Counted from the stretch's first letter, positions 1 to 13,280 are shown. The stretch: 64,000 bases of DNA from Octopus vulgaris (GCA_951406725.2 OX597842.1:3162001-3226000), one strand, 5' to 3'. Program-made: numbers and translations. Notes: generated by a model not told the origin, from the letters alone.

Positions 1-285
1 CGGTAGTGATGGTAGTGATGCTAATGATGGTGGTAGTGCGTGGTGGGGTTGTAGCTCTGGTGTTAGTGTAAAGGAGTTTAAACCAATGATACGTGAATAA
101 ACAATCACGTTCGCATTAACTTAATGAATGCATTTAGCCTTGGGCTTGAACTCTGGCAGAATGAAGAGAAGGAGGGTAGAGGCACTCCAGCATGGGCAGA
201 CAGACGATGCTGATGGAGAGGTCATGGCTATGGGCCTGATGGAAATGTCTCCAAAACTTGGTTAGGCATACAAAAACTAAATCCT

Positions 286-590
286 ACACACACACCAAAG
301 CACACACACACACACACACACACATATATACACACACGCGCACACTGCAGAGCACATGTGCACAGACATACACCAAACCATACACACATGCAAAACCAGA
401 CACACACATACACACACACGTGCATTCACATGCACAAACACACAAACATACACACATACATATAAGAACACAGAAAGACAACACACATACACACACAAAC
501 ACATATACATATAAGCACAGAACACAAACACACACATGCACGTACACACACATGCACACATGCACACACACAGCCCACAACAGCTGCACA
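286..590. repeat. Degenerate (CA)n microsatellite
   Basis: CA/CATA-rich run; explains the HT/CV-repeat ORFs. Confidence 0.9.
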
Positions 591-837
591 ATTGAGGAAA
601 ATATGCTAAACTGGAAGCCGCAATGTGGTCAAGTAATCTGTTAGAAACAACAGTTAAATTCCCATCTAACCTACATTCTACCGTCTTGAATACTGGAGCA
701 GAAAGATTGATTGATATATTTAGTTCTTAATAACAGGCAAAGTGGTCACGGTTTGAACATCTTTGATCATAGGTCTGCTGGATCAGGATTGACCTGGGGT
801 TAAACAGCGACTATAATCACTAATAATAATTACTATA

Positions 838-1028
838 TCTTTTGTTTTAGTAATTAGATTGTGGCAATGCTGGAGCACTGACTTAAAATTTTTAGTCAAT
901 TTGACCCCAGTACTTTTTTAAACTTGCTACTTTTGGTCTCTTTTGTTGAACCATTAAGCTACAGAGATGTAAACAAACCAACTCTGGTTGTCAGGTAGTG
1001 GTGGGGGACAAGTACAAACACAAAAGAC
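838..1028 (-). mobile_element. SINE family A, 3' half, diverged
   Basis: Reverse complement of the family-A tail (atgctggagcac, gaccccag, gaacc..taag). Confidence 0.7.
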
Positions 1029-1029
1029 A

Positions 1030-1395
1030 GCGTAGGAGTAGCTCTGTGGTATATATATATATATATATACTGCGTGGCACCTTGGGCATGTGAATATAGC
1101 CTCGGGCCGACCAAAGCCTTGTGAGTGGACTGGTAGGCGGAAACTGAAAGAAGCCCGTTGTATATATGTATATGTGTGTATATATGTTTGTGTATCTGTG
1201 TTTGTCCCCCCCCCAGCATCGCTTGACAACCGATGCTGGTGTGTTTACGTCCCCATAACTTAGCGGTTCGGTAAAAGAAATCGATGGAGTAAGTGCTAGG
1301 CTTACAAAGAATAAGTCCTGGGGTCGATTTGCTCGATTAAAGGCGGTGCTCCAGCATAGCCACAGTCAAATGACTGAAACAAGTAAAAGAGTAAA
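1030..1395 (+). mobile_element. tRNA-derived SINE family A (head interrupted by (TA)n)
   Basis: Matches the other A copies: gcaccttgggca, internal TA/TG repeat, gcttgacaaccgatgctgg, tail cagtcaaatgactgaaacaagtaaaagag. Confidence 0.88.
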
Positions 1396-1440
1396 TAGTA
1401 TATATTATATATACGATGGGCTTCTTTCAGTTTCTGTCCG

Positions 1441-1778
1441 AATCTGAACCACGCGCTACTTACCACACAGCCACATTAGATAATGTAGTCCTAGGTACAC
1501 TATGTCTGAATAAAAGATGGGTTGGTCACAGCTGGAGCCTCTTTGATTATAGGTCGGTTGGATCAGGACTGACCAGAGACTAAACAACAACAAACATTGA
1601 ATAATGTAGTCCTAGATACACTATGTCTGAATCTGAACCACGCGCTACTTACCACACAGCCACATTAGATATTGTAGTCCTAGATACACAATGTCTGAAT
1701 AAAACATGGATTGGTCACAGCTGGGCCATCTTTGATCATAATTCTGCTGGATCAAGACTGACCTGGGGCTAAACAACA
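1441..1778 (+). repeat. Tandem duplication (about 190 bp period) of a chimeric SINE fragment
   Basis: aatctgaaccacgcgctacttaccacacagccacattagata at 1441 and 1630, each followed by ggtcacagctgg..ctaaacaac; the tail is also seen at about 744-810. Confidence 0.85.
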
Positions 1779-2292
1779 CCCAGCAGTAACAATACTGATA
1801 ACAAAAGCAGAATCAATGTGAACATCAACATCAGCATCAACAACAATCATGCAGCGGTCATGCTTACCACTGTAGTATTATTAAACTCTGGTGGGATGCA
1901 CAGAGATGACGGAAGTCTACCATCACCACCACCAGCAACAATAATGCCTCTAATGACAATAACAACTTAAAGCGCCATATATAACTCCGTCCTCAACAAC
2001 CACTACCGACTCATTCACCAATCTGTCCAAACCATCCGAAAACAACCAGCCAAATACTCTTATGTATAACGGAGATTGTCTGCTGCCAGCAAGATTTTTC
2101 GAGCTGTCCTTCCACCCTTCTGGATTGTGCTTGCTTTCCAGGTTTTTTTTTCAGGAAATGTCAAGTAGAAAATAATGTGGAATGGATTGGAATGGAATGC
2201 TTCTTGCTTCGTTTGATGTAGTGTTTTCGAGAGGAGACGATAATGTTAGTCACAAGGAAAGCTCCGTGTGTGTGTGTGGTGTGGGGTGAGCT

Positions 2293-2294
<2 letters not shown>

Positions 2295-2332
<38 letters not shown>

Positions 2333-2344
2333 GATTAATAATAC

Positions 2345-2431
<87 letters not shown>

Positions 2432-2614
2432 TGATAATAATGATAATAATAATAATGATAATAACAAGAAGAACAACAACAATAACAACAACAGCAATCA
2501 TGATAATAATAATTATAATAATTTTTGCCACAGGCGCATAAGGATAAGGACGTTACAGAGAGGATAGTTTACAATTTGTGTTTGAGGCTACATAAAAGAT
2601 GAGGGGAAGAAAGG

Positions 2615-2711
<97 letters not shown>

Positions 2712-2730
2712 AAGAAGAAGAAAAAGAAGA
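2295..2730. repeat. (TAA)n and (GAA)n microsatellites
   Basis: Direct reading. Confidence 0.95.
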
Positions 2731-2735
2731 AGGAA

Positions 2736-3182
2736 TCCTTTCTATTGGAGACACAAGGCCTCAAATTTGTGGGGAGGGGACTAGTCAATAATATATACCC
2801 CAATGCGTAACTAGTACTTATTCAATCGGCCCCGAAAGGATGAAAGGCAAAGTCGACCTTGGCGGAATTTGAAATCAGAACATAAAGACAAACGAAATAA
2901 CACTAAGCATTTAATAATGATGATGATGATGGTGATGGAGGGAGGGAGGGAGGAGGGATGAAATCGATTGCAATGGAACCTCAGTACTCAACTGGTATCT
3001 GTTTTCTCGACCCCAAAATATTGAAATGCAAAGTTGACCGGGGTGGAATTTGAACTCAGAACGTAAGCATGGATGAAATGCCGCTAAGCATTTTGTCCGG
3101 TGTTGCTAACAATTCTGCCAGCTCACAGCCTTCAAATGATAATAATAATAATGATAATTTCAAAGATTGGCACAAGGCCAGA
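2736..3182 (-). mobile_element. SINE family B copies (minus strand), embedded in TAA/GAT repeats
   Basis: cccgaaaggatgaaaggcaaagtcgac..ggaatttgaactcagaacgtaa..ttctgccagctc. Confidence 0.8.
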
Positions 3183-3183
3183 C

Positions 3184-3242
<59 letters not shown>

Positions 3243-3396
3243 GTGATGATGAGGATGATGTGGATAACGATGTGCTTAAAAAAACATTGTCAGTAATGTA
3301 AACAAATATATGGTAATATAAAGAAGTCTCCATTAAATAGAAAACTGCCGAAAATACTTCATCAAAGAACCGTGTTTGTGGCTTCATTACAGAGCA

Positions 3397-3446
<50 letters not shown>

Positions 3447-3472
3447 GGTGGTGGTGGTGGTGGTGGTGGTGG

Positions 3473-3511
<39 letters not shown>

Positions 3512-3685
3512 CGACGACGACGATGATGACGACACTGATGATGATGATAATAACGATGATGATGATAATAACGATGATGATGATGATAATGATGATGATG
3601 ATGATGATGAAGATGATGATGACGATGATGACGATGATGATGACGATAATAACGATGATGATGATGATAGTGATGATGATAGTGG

Positions 3686-3735
<50 letters not shown>

Positions 3736-4190
3736 TCAATGATGATGAAGTTGATGACGACGATGACAATGATGATGATGGAGATGGTGATGATAATGCT
3801 AGTGATGATGATGATGATGATGATGCCGTTATTGATGCAGACAACGATGACAAAGATGATGGTGGTGATGATGATAACGACAATGAATGAAGCGGTAGTG
3901 GTTGTGGCAGTGATAAGTGGTAGTGATGGTGGCAGTGATGGTCGTGGTGTTGGTGTTGTGTGTGGTAGTGTTGGTAGTGGTGATGGTTGTGTTTGGTGGC
4001 ATTGATTGTGGGATGTTGGTGCTGATCATGATGATGATGATGTTCATGATGATGACAATAGTGGTGTTGGTTGTGGTGGTGGTGGTCATAGTAGCAATGT
4101 TGGTGTTGATGATGATGATAATGATGATGACGATGATGACGACGACAACAACGACGACGACGACGACGGTGATGATAATGATGATGGTGG

Positions 4191-4225
<35 letters not shown>

Positions 4226-4234
4226 CTATTGATG

Positions 4235-4266
<32 letters not shown>

Positions 4267-4290
4267 GATGATGAAGATGATGATGATTAT
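3397..4290. repeat. Long compound (GAT)n/(GGT)n/(GAC)n trinucleotide repeat
   Basis: Direct reading; source of the poly-D/M/S ORFs. Confidence 0.95.
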
Positions 4291-4691
4291 GAAATTCAAG
4301 TTAGAAAAAATGCGCCTAACCAGCTATGAAAAGAAAGAGAGCCAGAGAGAAAGAGAGAGAGCGAGAGTGAGGGAAATTAATTGTAAACACAAATGTCATA
4401 TTAAATAAAGAGCAAAAAAAAACCGGCTAAACCAAAACATATGGAAAAAATAACAAAAAGATAAAGAAAGAATGAGATATGAGAATTAGACCAAACACAG
4501 ACTTCTCGAAATACTTAGGAATTAATGAAGTATACAGTGTAAGTCACATGCACAAAGAAAAGGCGGGGTGGGGGAGAATGTTAAGAAGGAATGTTAGAGA
4601 CATGCTATGTTAGACAAAACCGAACACAAACAATTAAATAATAGGCATTGATACTTTAGTTGTTCCCGTTACTAATATACAAAACGGTGTT

Positions 4692-5527
4692 TGGCCGGTG
4701 AGCTGGCGGAATCTTTAGAATGCTGGTGGAGAAAGACGCTAGTGGCATTTTGTCCGTCTTTACGTTCTGAGTTCAAATTCTGCCCGGGCCAACTCTGCCT
4801 TTCAGCCTTTCGAGATTGATAAAATAAGGCGGCGAGCTGGCAGAAACGTTAGCACGCCGGGCGAAATGCTTAGCGGTATTTTGTCGGCGCTTACGTTCAA
4901 GTTCCGCCGAGGTCGACTTTGCCTTTCATCCTTTCGGGGTCGATTAAATAAGTACCAGTTACACACTGGGGTCGATGTAATCGACTTAATACCTTTGTCT
5001 GTCCTTGTTTGTCCTCTCTGTGTTTAGCCCCTTGTGGGTAGTAAAGGAATAGCTATTTCGTCTGCCGCTACGTTCTGAGTTCAAATTCCGCCGAGGTCGA
5101 CTTGCATTTCATCCTTTCGGGGTCGATTAAATAAGTACCAGTTACGCACTGGGGTCGATATAATCGACTTAATCCGTTTGTCTGTCCCTTCTGTGTTTAG
5201 CCCCTTGTGGGTAGTAAAGAAATAGATTGATAAAATAAGAAGTTGGACACTGGGGTTGATTTACCCCGCTCCCCTGAACTTCCTGGCCCTGTGCCAAAAT
5301 TCAAAATCAAAGGAGTGCGTGGGCAGTGAGCTGGCAGAGTCATTAGCGTATTGGGCAAAGTCGTTGGTGGCATTTTGTCCGTCTTTACGTTGTGAGTTCA
5401 AATTCCACTGAGGTCAACCTTGCCTTTCATCTTTTAGGGGTTGATAAAATAAGTACCAGTTGATACTGGGGTTGATGTAATTGACTTAAATATTGCCTTG
5501 AACTCCCTGGGCTCGTGCTAAAATTTG
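4692..5527 (+). mobile_element. Cluster of tRNA-headed SINE family B, including a head+unit+unit multimer (4828-5225)
   Basis: Heads ggcgagctggcagaa (A-box-like TGGCAGAATCG, B-box-like GTTCAAAT); body gaggtcgactttgcctttcatcctttcggggtcgat. Confidence 0.88.
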
Positions 5528-5529
5528 AA

Positions 5530-6058
5530 GGAGTGTGGCTTAGTGGTCAAGGGTATTCAGCTTACAGTTGTACAGATTTGAGTTCGATTCCCGGTGGCGC
5601 AGTGTGTCTTTGACCAAGACTCTTTATTTCACATTGCTCCTGTCCACCCAACTGGCAAATATGAGCAGCAACTGTTTCTCAAAGGGTCAGCCTTGTCACA
5701 TTCTGACTTGCTCAATTTCCCTGAGAACTACATTAAATACACGTGTCTGTGGAATACTCAGCCACTTGCACGTTAGTTTCATGAGCATGCTGTTCCATTG
5801 ATCAAATCAACTGTCCTTGAGCAAGGCACTTAGCATCACATTGCTTCAGTGAACTCAACTGGATTAAAGGAGTCGTACCTGTAATTGAAAAGGGCCAACC
5901 TTGTTACATTTTGTATCATACTGAATCTCCCTGAGAACTACATTAAGAATACGTGCGTCTGTGGAGTACTCAGCCACTTACACGTTAATATCATGAGCAG
6001 GCTGTTCTGTTGATCAGATCAACTGGCGTCTTCACCGTATGACGGACAGAATGCCAGT
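5530..6058 (+). mobile_element. SINE family K (tRNA head, CORE-like tccttgagcaaggcact segment), tail duplicated
   Basis: A box tggcttagtgg, B box gttcgattcc; tail ctccctgagaactacattaa..cagccacttgcacgtt twice, also at 58110-58290. Confidence 0.75.
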
Positions 6059-6076
6059 TTAAGGCGGCGAACTGGC

Positions 6077-6231
6077 AAGGCGGCGAGCTGGCAGAATCGT
6101 TAGCACTCCGGGCGAAATGCTTAGCGGTATTTCGTCTGCGGGGCGGAATTTGAACTCAGAACGTAGCGGCAGACGAAATACTGCTAAGCATTTCACCCGG
6201 CGTGCTAACGTTTCTGCCAGCAGGCTGCCTT
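6077..6231. mobile_element. Inverted dimer of SINE B heads (fold-back)
   Basis: 6077-6139 is the near reverse complement of 6169-6231. Confidence 0.85.
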
Positions 6232-6495
6232 ATTTGGCTAAACCTTTCTATGCAGTACCCCAGCATGGCCACAATCTTATGGCAGAAACAAGTAAAAGAG
6301 AAAAGAGAAAAGACAGTAGAATACTCACAGCATTCTAGACTCTACGCTAATTGAATTAACAAAACGAAACAGGGACAGAAAATACTTAAATGACATTTGT
6401 GTTTACAATTAATTCCTCTCCCTCTTTCTCTACCCCCTCTCATTCTCTCTCTCTCTCTCTCTCTCTGTACGTATATATATACATATATATATATA

Positions 6496-6648
6496 TGGTA
6501 AAGTCTATTTGCCAACGCATGTCGCTGTCCTATATAGGACGATGTTACTACTTTTTAGCCCCGGGAAAAGATGTTTTCCCGGGGCTAAAACCTAGTGACA
6601 TCATCCTATGTAGGACAGCGACATTGCGTTGGCAAATAGACTTTACTG
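6496..6648. mobile_element. 153-bp palindromic MITE, Tc1/mariner-pogo type, TA flanks
   Basis: ggtaaagtctatttgccaacgca...ccccgggaaaa / ttttcccggggctaaaa...tgcgttggcaaatagactttactg; TA on both sides. Confidence 0.88.
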
Positions 6649-6709
6649 TACGGTACTGTTACTACATATTTCTCCCTCAGAGATTTAAAACTTTATTAAA
6701 CATTTGTAG

Positions 6710-6790
<81 letters not shown>

Positions 6791-6797
6791 CGTATAT

Positions 6798-6960
6798 AGG
6801 AGCAGGAGTGGCTGTGCGTTAAGAAACTTCCTTACGAACCACATCGTTCTGGGTTCAGTCCCACTGCGTGGAACTTTCGGCAAGTGTCTTCTACTATAGC
6901 CTCGAGGCGACCAAAGCCGTGTGAGTAGATTTGGTAGACGGAAACTGAAAGACGCCCGTC

Positions 6961-7021
<61 letters not shown>

Positions 7022-7227
7022 TGTGTGTGTTTGTGTGTCCCCCGCTCAACATCGCTTGACAACCGATGCTGGTGTGTTTACATCCCTGTAACTTAGCGGC
7101 TCGGCAAAAGAGCACGATAGAATAAGTACTCGGCTTTCAAACAAGTCCTGGGGTCGATTTGCTTTACTAAAGGCGGTGCTCCAGCATGGCCACTGTCAAA
7201 TGACTGAAACAAATAAAAGAGTAAAAG
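6798..7227 (+). mobile_element. SINE family A, full length
   Basis: A box tggctgtgcgt, B box gttcagtcc, internal (TA)n, conserved tail. Confidence 0.9.
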
Positions 7228-7263
7228 GGTAATATAATAACGAGCGTAGTGTTTTTGTATATT

Positions 7264-7323
<60 letters not shown>

Positions 7324-7720
7324 GTATATATATATATATATATATGTTTTTCAAAATTCAAGCTGGACAGAGTAGGAGAAAGAGTAGTATAAGTGACGGG
7401 AGACGAGAGAAAATAGCAATTCAGTGAAGGAGAAGTAGTGAGAGTAATAGCACTGACTGAGAGAGAGAGAGAGTGAGAGAAAGTAATAGCAATGAGAGAG
7501 AGGAAGTGGGAAAGAGCTCGTCCTGTATCCCCTGTTTTTCTCCGTCACAACATATGAATGAGAAAGGAAGGGTGATAGATGAATAACGAAGGAAGGGGGT
7601 GGAAAAAACCCAGCGATTCAACTCTGTGTGTGTATGTAAAAGGGAGTCATGTGAATGTTTGTGTGTGTGCGTGTGTGTGTGCGTGTGTGTGTGTGTGTGC
7701 GTGTGTGTGTATGTGTGTGT

Positions 7721-7754
<34 letters not shown>

Positions 7755-7896
7755 TGGAAGCGGGATGGCAAACATTCAAAGCTGAAAAGAAAAGTCAAAC
7801 AGCGTTTCACCTTTGTGTGAGTATGTGTGTGTGTGTGTATGTAAATGTTTGTATCTGATTATTTTGTACCTTATATTTACTTAAAATTCTACAATT

Positions 7897-8250
7897 AGCC
7901 GTCATTTTTGACAGCATGGGACCAACTAGTATATATAATAATAACACTAATTCTAGGATGGAAATTATAAACATTTAATACATCGCCAAGCTCATGAATT
8001 TAACATCAGAGTCTGTATCACTGGAATAAGTACAGTATAATACGAACTTTACATTCATCCCAAGGATACGGACTCTGATATTAAAGACACGTGATTTGTG
8101 GAAGCGTGCATAGCGATGTATGAAACATTTATAAATTCTTTCCTACGATTATTGTTATTATTATATTTATCCTACATTATATAAGTATAACCTTGATGCA
8201 ACTGGTTATAACTGGCTTACTAGTCAGTATTATTAAACAGTAGCGGGCAT
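7897..8250. mobile_element. Old fold-back MITE-like element
   Basis: tttaacatcagagtctgtatc vs gatacggactctgatattaaa; atacatcgc vs gcgatgtat; ataataataaca vs tgttattattat. Confidence 0.6.
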
Positions 8251-8321
8251 AATGAGAAAGGAACTTTATTTGAATACTGTTACCATAAACGAATGTAAAA
8301 GATAAAATATATATGTCTCTC

Positions 8322-8382
<61 letters not shown>

Positions 8383-8844
8383 ACAATTTAACAAATAAAA
8401 CATATGCATACATACATATATGTACATACCTACATCTATATGTATATATACATGCATATATATATATATATAAGAGTACAGGACACCACAAATAAACGTA
8501 GAACACAACGAGAAACGAAAACATAAAAACAAACAAGGAAACGGACTTTTTTTTTAACAACGAAAAAACAGAGTACAGGACAAACAATACAAGGAATATT
8601 CCCCTTCATCAGCTGCCCCTGGTTCGACTCAATGCGTGTTTCGAAGGTAGCATGTATATATTTATATATACACACATATATATGTGCTTTCGGTGCGAAT
8701 GGCTTTTTATTACGGCACAGTGCTTTACAATCCTGTAAATAATAATAATGGTATTTTTACATAAGCTGGAAGCTTATGGTGACCACCGTGCAATGAATAA
8801 AGAAAATAGTCTAATAAAGGGGCAGAAAAAAAGAAGGCTTTCCG

Positions 8845-8947
<103 letters not shown>

Positions 8948-9042
8948 CATACACATATATGTATGTATATATATATATATGTAGATATATATGTATATGT
9001 ATATATATATGTGTGATATACAAAAGATATATATATATATAT

Positions 9043-9205
9043 ACGACAGGCTTCTTTCAGTTTCCATCTCCCAAATTCACTCACTAGGCTTTGGCCGGCC
9101 CAAGGTTACAGTTCAAGACACTTGCCCAAGATGTCATGCAGTGAGACTGAACCCAGAACCATGTGACTGGGATGCAAGCTTCTTACTACAGAGCCACACC
9201 TGCAA
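9043..9205 (-). mobile_element. SINE family A 5' half
   Basis: ggcttctttcagtttcc..acttgcccaag..actgaaccc. Confidence 0.8.
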
Positions 9206-9870
9206 CTAGAAATTGTTCAAGGTGGTGCCCCAGTATGGCCGCAGTCTAACGACTGAAACAAGTAAAAGATAGAAAATAAAAGGTTATAATAAAAGACATA
9301 TAGCAGCAAAGGATTCCAAAGTCCTAAGAACCCAAACCATTTCACTACACAGGCAGATCAAGGTAGAGACAGCTGGCTGCAAGAAGGCGCCATGTGGGAT
9401 ACAACAGAATCTCTTGTAGAGAATTCCTTTGCCATGCTTCAGGGAAATGTATTTGCCATTTTATCTGCTGGGAATAATAAATATTTGCATGACTCACTGT
9501 AATGTATTAACAGCTTAAAAACATGCTTGAATTTGTTAACGGAAATTGTGTAAATAAAATAGATTTATGTCTAGTTATTCTGCAGATAGGTGTGGTGTAT
9601 AAAAGAAACGGTAAATGGAATCAAAAACGTCTTGGAACGGTGTTTATGAATGGATTTCGTGACTGCAGACTTAAACAATTGTCACACACACGTATGCCTG
9701 TGTGTGTATGTATGTATATGTATGAATATATATATAGGTGCGTGTGTGTGAGCATGTGCAGAAATTTATAGGCCGTACAGCGTACATAAATAAGTGTGCA
9801 TGTGTGTGTATGTATATGTATATATGTGTGTGTATATATATATATATACGTATATATATATATATATATA

Positions 9871-9917
<47 letters not shown>

Positions 9918-10109
9918 AACAAACACTCATACAAACACACATGGTATGTATATGTATATGCATACATACATCATCATCATCATTATTATTAAATCATGAT
10001 GCTGATGTATGTATACATATACATACACATGTGTGTATATATATGCATGTGTGTATATATGTATGTATGTATATATGTATATATATATAGTTATCTATCT
10101 ATCTATCTA

Positions 10110-10159
<50 letters not shown>

Positions 10160-10260
10160 TCTGTGTGTGCGTGTGTGTGTATGTGCTTGTATAATATATA
10201 TATATATATGTATACACACACATGTATTATATTATTATTAAAGCTGCAAAAACAATAAAA

Positions 10261-10304
10261 AAACTGCTACTCAGAGTTTCACGTTCCCGTTCGTCGGTCA
10301 GTTT
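10261..10304 (-). ncRNA. Minimal type I hammerhead ribozyme-like motif
   Basis: Minus strand: aaactg-a-CCGACGA-ACG(GGAA)CGT-GAAA-CTC(t)GAG-TA-g-cagttt; core has U4>C. Confidence 0.65.
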
Positions 10305-10326
10305 AGATTTATTTCATTCTCAATGT

Positions 10327-10370
10327 AAACTATCTGACAAATGGGAATGTGAAACTCCGAGTAGTAGTTT
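10327..10370 (+). ncRNA. Minimal type I hammerhead-like motif (inverted partner, decayed)
   Basis: aaacta-t-CTGACAA-ATG(GGAA)TGT-GAAA-CTC(c)GAG-TA-g-tagttt; core has G8>A. Confidence 0.55.
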
Positions 10371-10473
10371 TTGTGATGTTTTTGCATAAAGCATATTACT
10401 CTACCTCTGCTACTCGAGTACCAGTTTCTCCACTTTGTTTCGGATTTCTGTGCTTACTTTGGTGTATATATAT

Positions 10474-10800
10474 CTACTACATACGTGGGAAATTCTGTGT
10501 GTGAGTTTGTGGAGTTGTTAGCCAACTCCTCCCACATCGTTTTATCGATTTTGATGAAACTTGACACGTGAGTAGAACTCATATCTGGAAACCTCATGGC
10601 ATACTCAGATTCTTGAAAAAATCGACAATGAGGCCCTTGTCAGGGATCCTTATATATATATATATCTAATATATTTTATTTCAAATACCAAGGGAAATAA
10701 CCCATTCAACCCTGGAAGTGATCCTTATCTATAGCCAAGGGAAATAACCCATTCATTTTTCTAAATTGCTTGTTAAAAATGAAATTGAATATGCATATTT
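10474..10800 (+). mobile_element. Helitron/Helentron-like non-autonomous fragment
   Basis: aactcctcc..atcgattttgatgaaacttgacac motif and duplicated ccaagggaaataacccattca; family assignment from memory of such elements. Confidence 0.4.
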
Positions 10801-11082
10801 CTTAGTATATACAGCTGATGGATTAAAATTACTAAGTATGTCTACCTGCTGGACCTGCTGCATCTGCAATTGCCTATATTATTGATTCTGTTATTATCAT
10901 TTGTGAAAATGTTATACTAGATAATAACAGAGTCAATGGTGCCTTCGCAAATTATTTTCCCATGAATTACTTGCTCCGTATCGAAATTATTTTCACACTG
11001 GTGGCTACCATGATTCGGCGTAAAACGAATCTGTTGCAGCGCAAACTCCAACACGACAGGTCGGGGCTCTCTATTATGGTAA

Positions 11083-11135
11083 CGCTTGCTGATGAAGGTA
11101 AAGCTATTATGCCTATCCAGAAACCGGTCCACGTG
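11083..11135 (+). ncRNA. Type I hammerhead-like motif with palindromic stem III
   Basis: cgcttg-CTGATGA-aggtaaagctattatgcctatcca-GAAACCGGTC-cacgtg; stem II irregular, probably partly deleted. Confidence 0.55.
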
Positions 11136-11465
11136 AGCCCAAATGCTTGAATTTATGCTGAGAGATTTTCTTAGCCCGTTTGCTGTTGGACGGTTGTATT
11201 CTGTAGTTATTATCAGTGTATTTTGGCGATGTAAATAAGGGTTTTGATTGTTATTTCTAGTAGATAGACTTACTTAGTATGTCCTTTGATCAAATTTAAT
11301 CGTTCAGCATTTTAAAGCTTTTTGGGGACCTGCAATCGCTTAAATTATTGATTCTGTTATTATCATTTTTAATTTTTACACTAGATAATAATAGAGTCAA
11401 TAATATCTTTGCAAATTATTTTCCCGTGAACTATTTTTCTCGTGAATTATTTGTTCCGTATAGAT

Positions 11466-11695
11466 ACTCTTTAGTTTTTACACTTTTACTTGCTTCAGTC
11501 ATGTGACTTTTGCCATGCTGGAGCACCGCCTTTAGTCGAGCAAATCGACCCCAGGACTTATTCTTTGTAAGCCTAGTACTTATTTTATCGGTCTCTTTTG
11601 CCGAACCGCTAAGTTACGGGGAGGCAAACACACCAGCATCGGTTGTCAAGCGATGTTAGGGGGACAAAACAGACACACGAACATAAACACACACA

Positions 11696-11779
<84 letters not shown>

Positions 11780-11938
11780 CAACGGGCTTCTTTCAGTTTC
11801 CGTCTACCAAATCCACTCACAAGGCTTTGGTCGGCCCGAGGCTATAGTAGAAGGCACTTCCTCAAGGTGCCACGCAGTGGGACTGAACCCAGAACCATGT
11901 GGTTCGTAAGCTAGCTACTTACCACACAGCCACTCCTA
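11466..11938 (-). mobile_element. SINE family A, full length
   Basis: Complete reverse complement of the A consensus, with internal CA/TA repeat. Confidence 0.9.
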
Positions 11939-11965
11939 TACATACATATGTATGCATGTATGTAT

Positions 11966-12084
<119 letters not shown>

Positions 12085-12570
12085 TATAAAGTACATTTAT
12101 TAACATACACACACAAACAAGAACACTTATACACAAGTACACACATACAGACAGAGACCCAGTTTTCTCCCTGCCCCTCACCGCACCATTAATATAATTC
12201 ATATTTTCCGCAACTATTTAACCACCATAAAATATATGTACACATACATAATTATTTCTTCCCCACTAAATTATATTTGAACTAATGTGACCCCTAAAAC
12301 TGTCTGCTTCGTTACCATTTCAACAGTAATTAAACCTGAATACTGTCACTATGTCTGTGTGTCACTATTCATCTCTCCTTCCCGACCTTCTGTTTAATAT
12401 TATCTTTCTCAATAAATCTAAGTCCGTCTGTCTGCCTGCCTGTCCGTCTGCCTGTCTGTCTGTCTGTCTGTCTGTCTCTCCTTTTATTTTTTATTAATTC
12501 CAAGACACTTATATGCATACATATATATGCAGAATATTATCTATGTATGTATGAATCTATGTATGTATGA

Positions 12571-12718
<148 letters not shown>

Positions 12719-12751
12719 GCCTGTGTATCTATCTACTTATATATATATATA

Positions 12752-13152
12752 AGCGCAGGAGTGGCTGTGTGGTAAGTAGCTTGTCTACTAACCACATGGT
12801 TCCGGGTTCAGACCCACTTCGTGGCACCTTGGGCAAGTGTCTTCTACTATAGCCTCGGGCCGACCAAAGCATTCTGAGTGGATTTGGTAGACGGAAACGG
12901 AAAGAATCCCGTCGTATATATGTATATATATATGTATGTGTGTGTTTGTGTGTCAGTGTTTGTCCCCCTAGCATTGCTTGACAACCGATGCTGGTGTGTT
13001 TATGTCCCCGATACTTAGCGGTTCGGCAAAAGAGATCGATAGAATAAGTGCTGGGCTTACAAAAGAATAAGTCCCGGGGTCGAGTTGCTCGATTAAAGGT
13101 GGTGCTCCAGCATGGCCACAATCAAATGACTGAAACAAGTAAAAGAGTAAAA

Positions 13153-13153
<1 letters not shown>
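12752..13153 (+). mobile_element. SINE family A, full length
   Basis: gcgcaggagtggctgtgtggtaagtagc ... aagtaaaagagtaaaag. Confidence 0.9.
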
Positions 13154-13189
<36 letters not shown>

Positions 13190-13247
13190 TTCGTCTGCCT
13201 GTCTGCCTGTTTGTCTGTCTGTGCCCCCTGTATTCAGGTACTCTCAG

Positions 13248-13280
<33 letters not shown>

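Noticed and set aside
3362-4408. Long poly-D/M/S ORFs
   Set aside because: Pure trinucleotide repeat open in several frames on both strands; no splice or codon evidence
8590-8650. Minus-strand CGAAAC..GTC..CTGATGA (type II hammerhead?)
   Set aside because: Stem I and III do not pair; at most truncated halves of a pseudo-LTR-like repeat
10962-11150. 62-aa ORF in a GC-richer block
   Set aside because: Better explained by the hammerhead-bearing repeat; no protein motif
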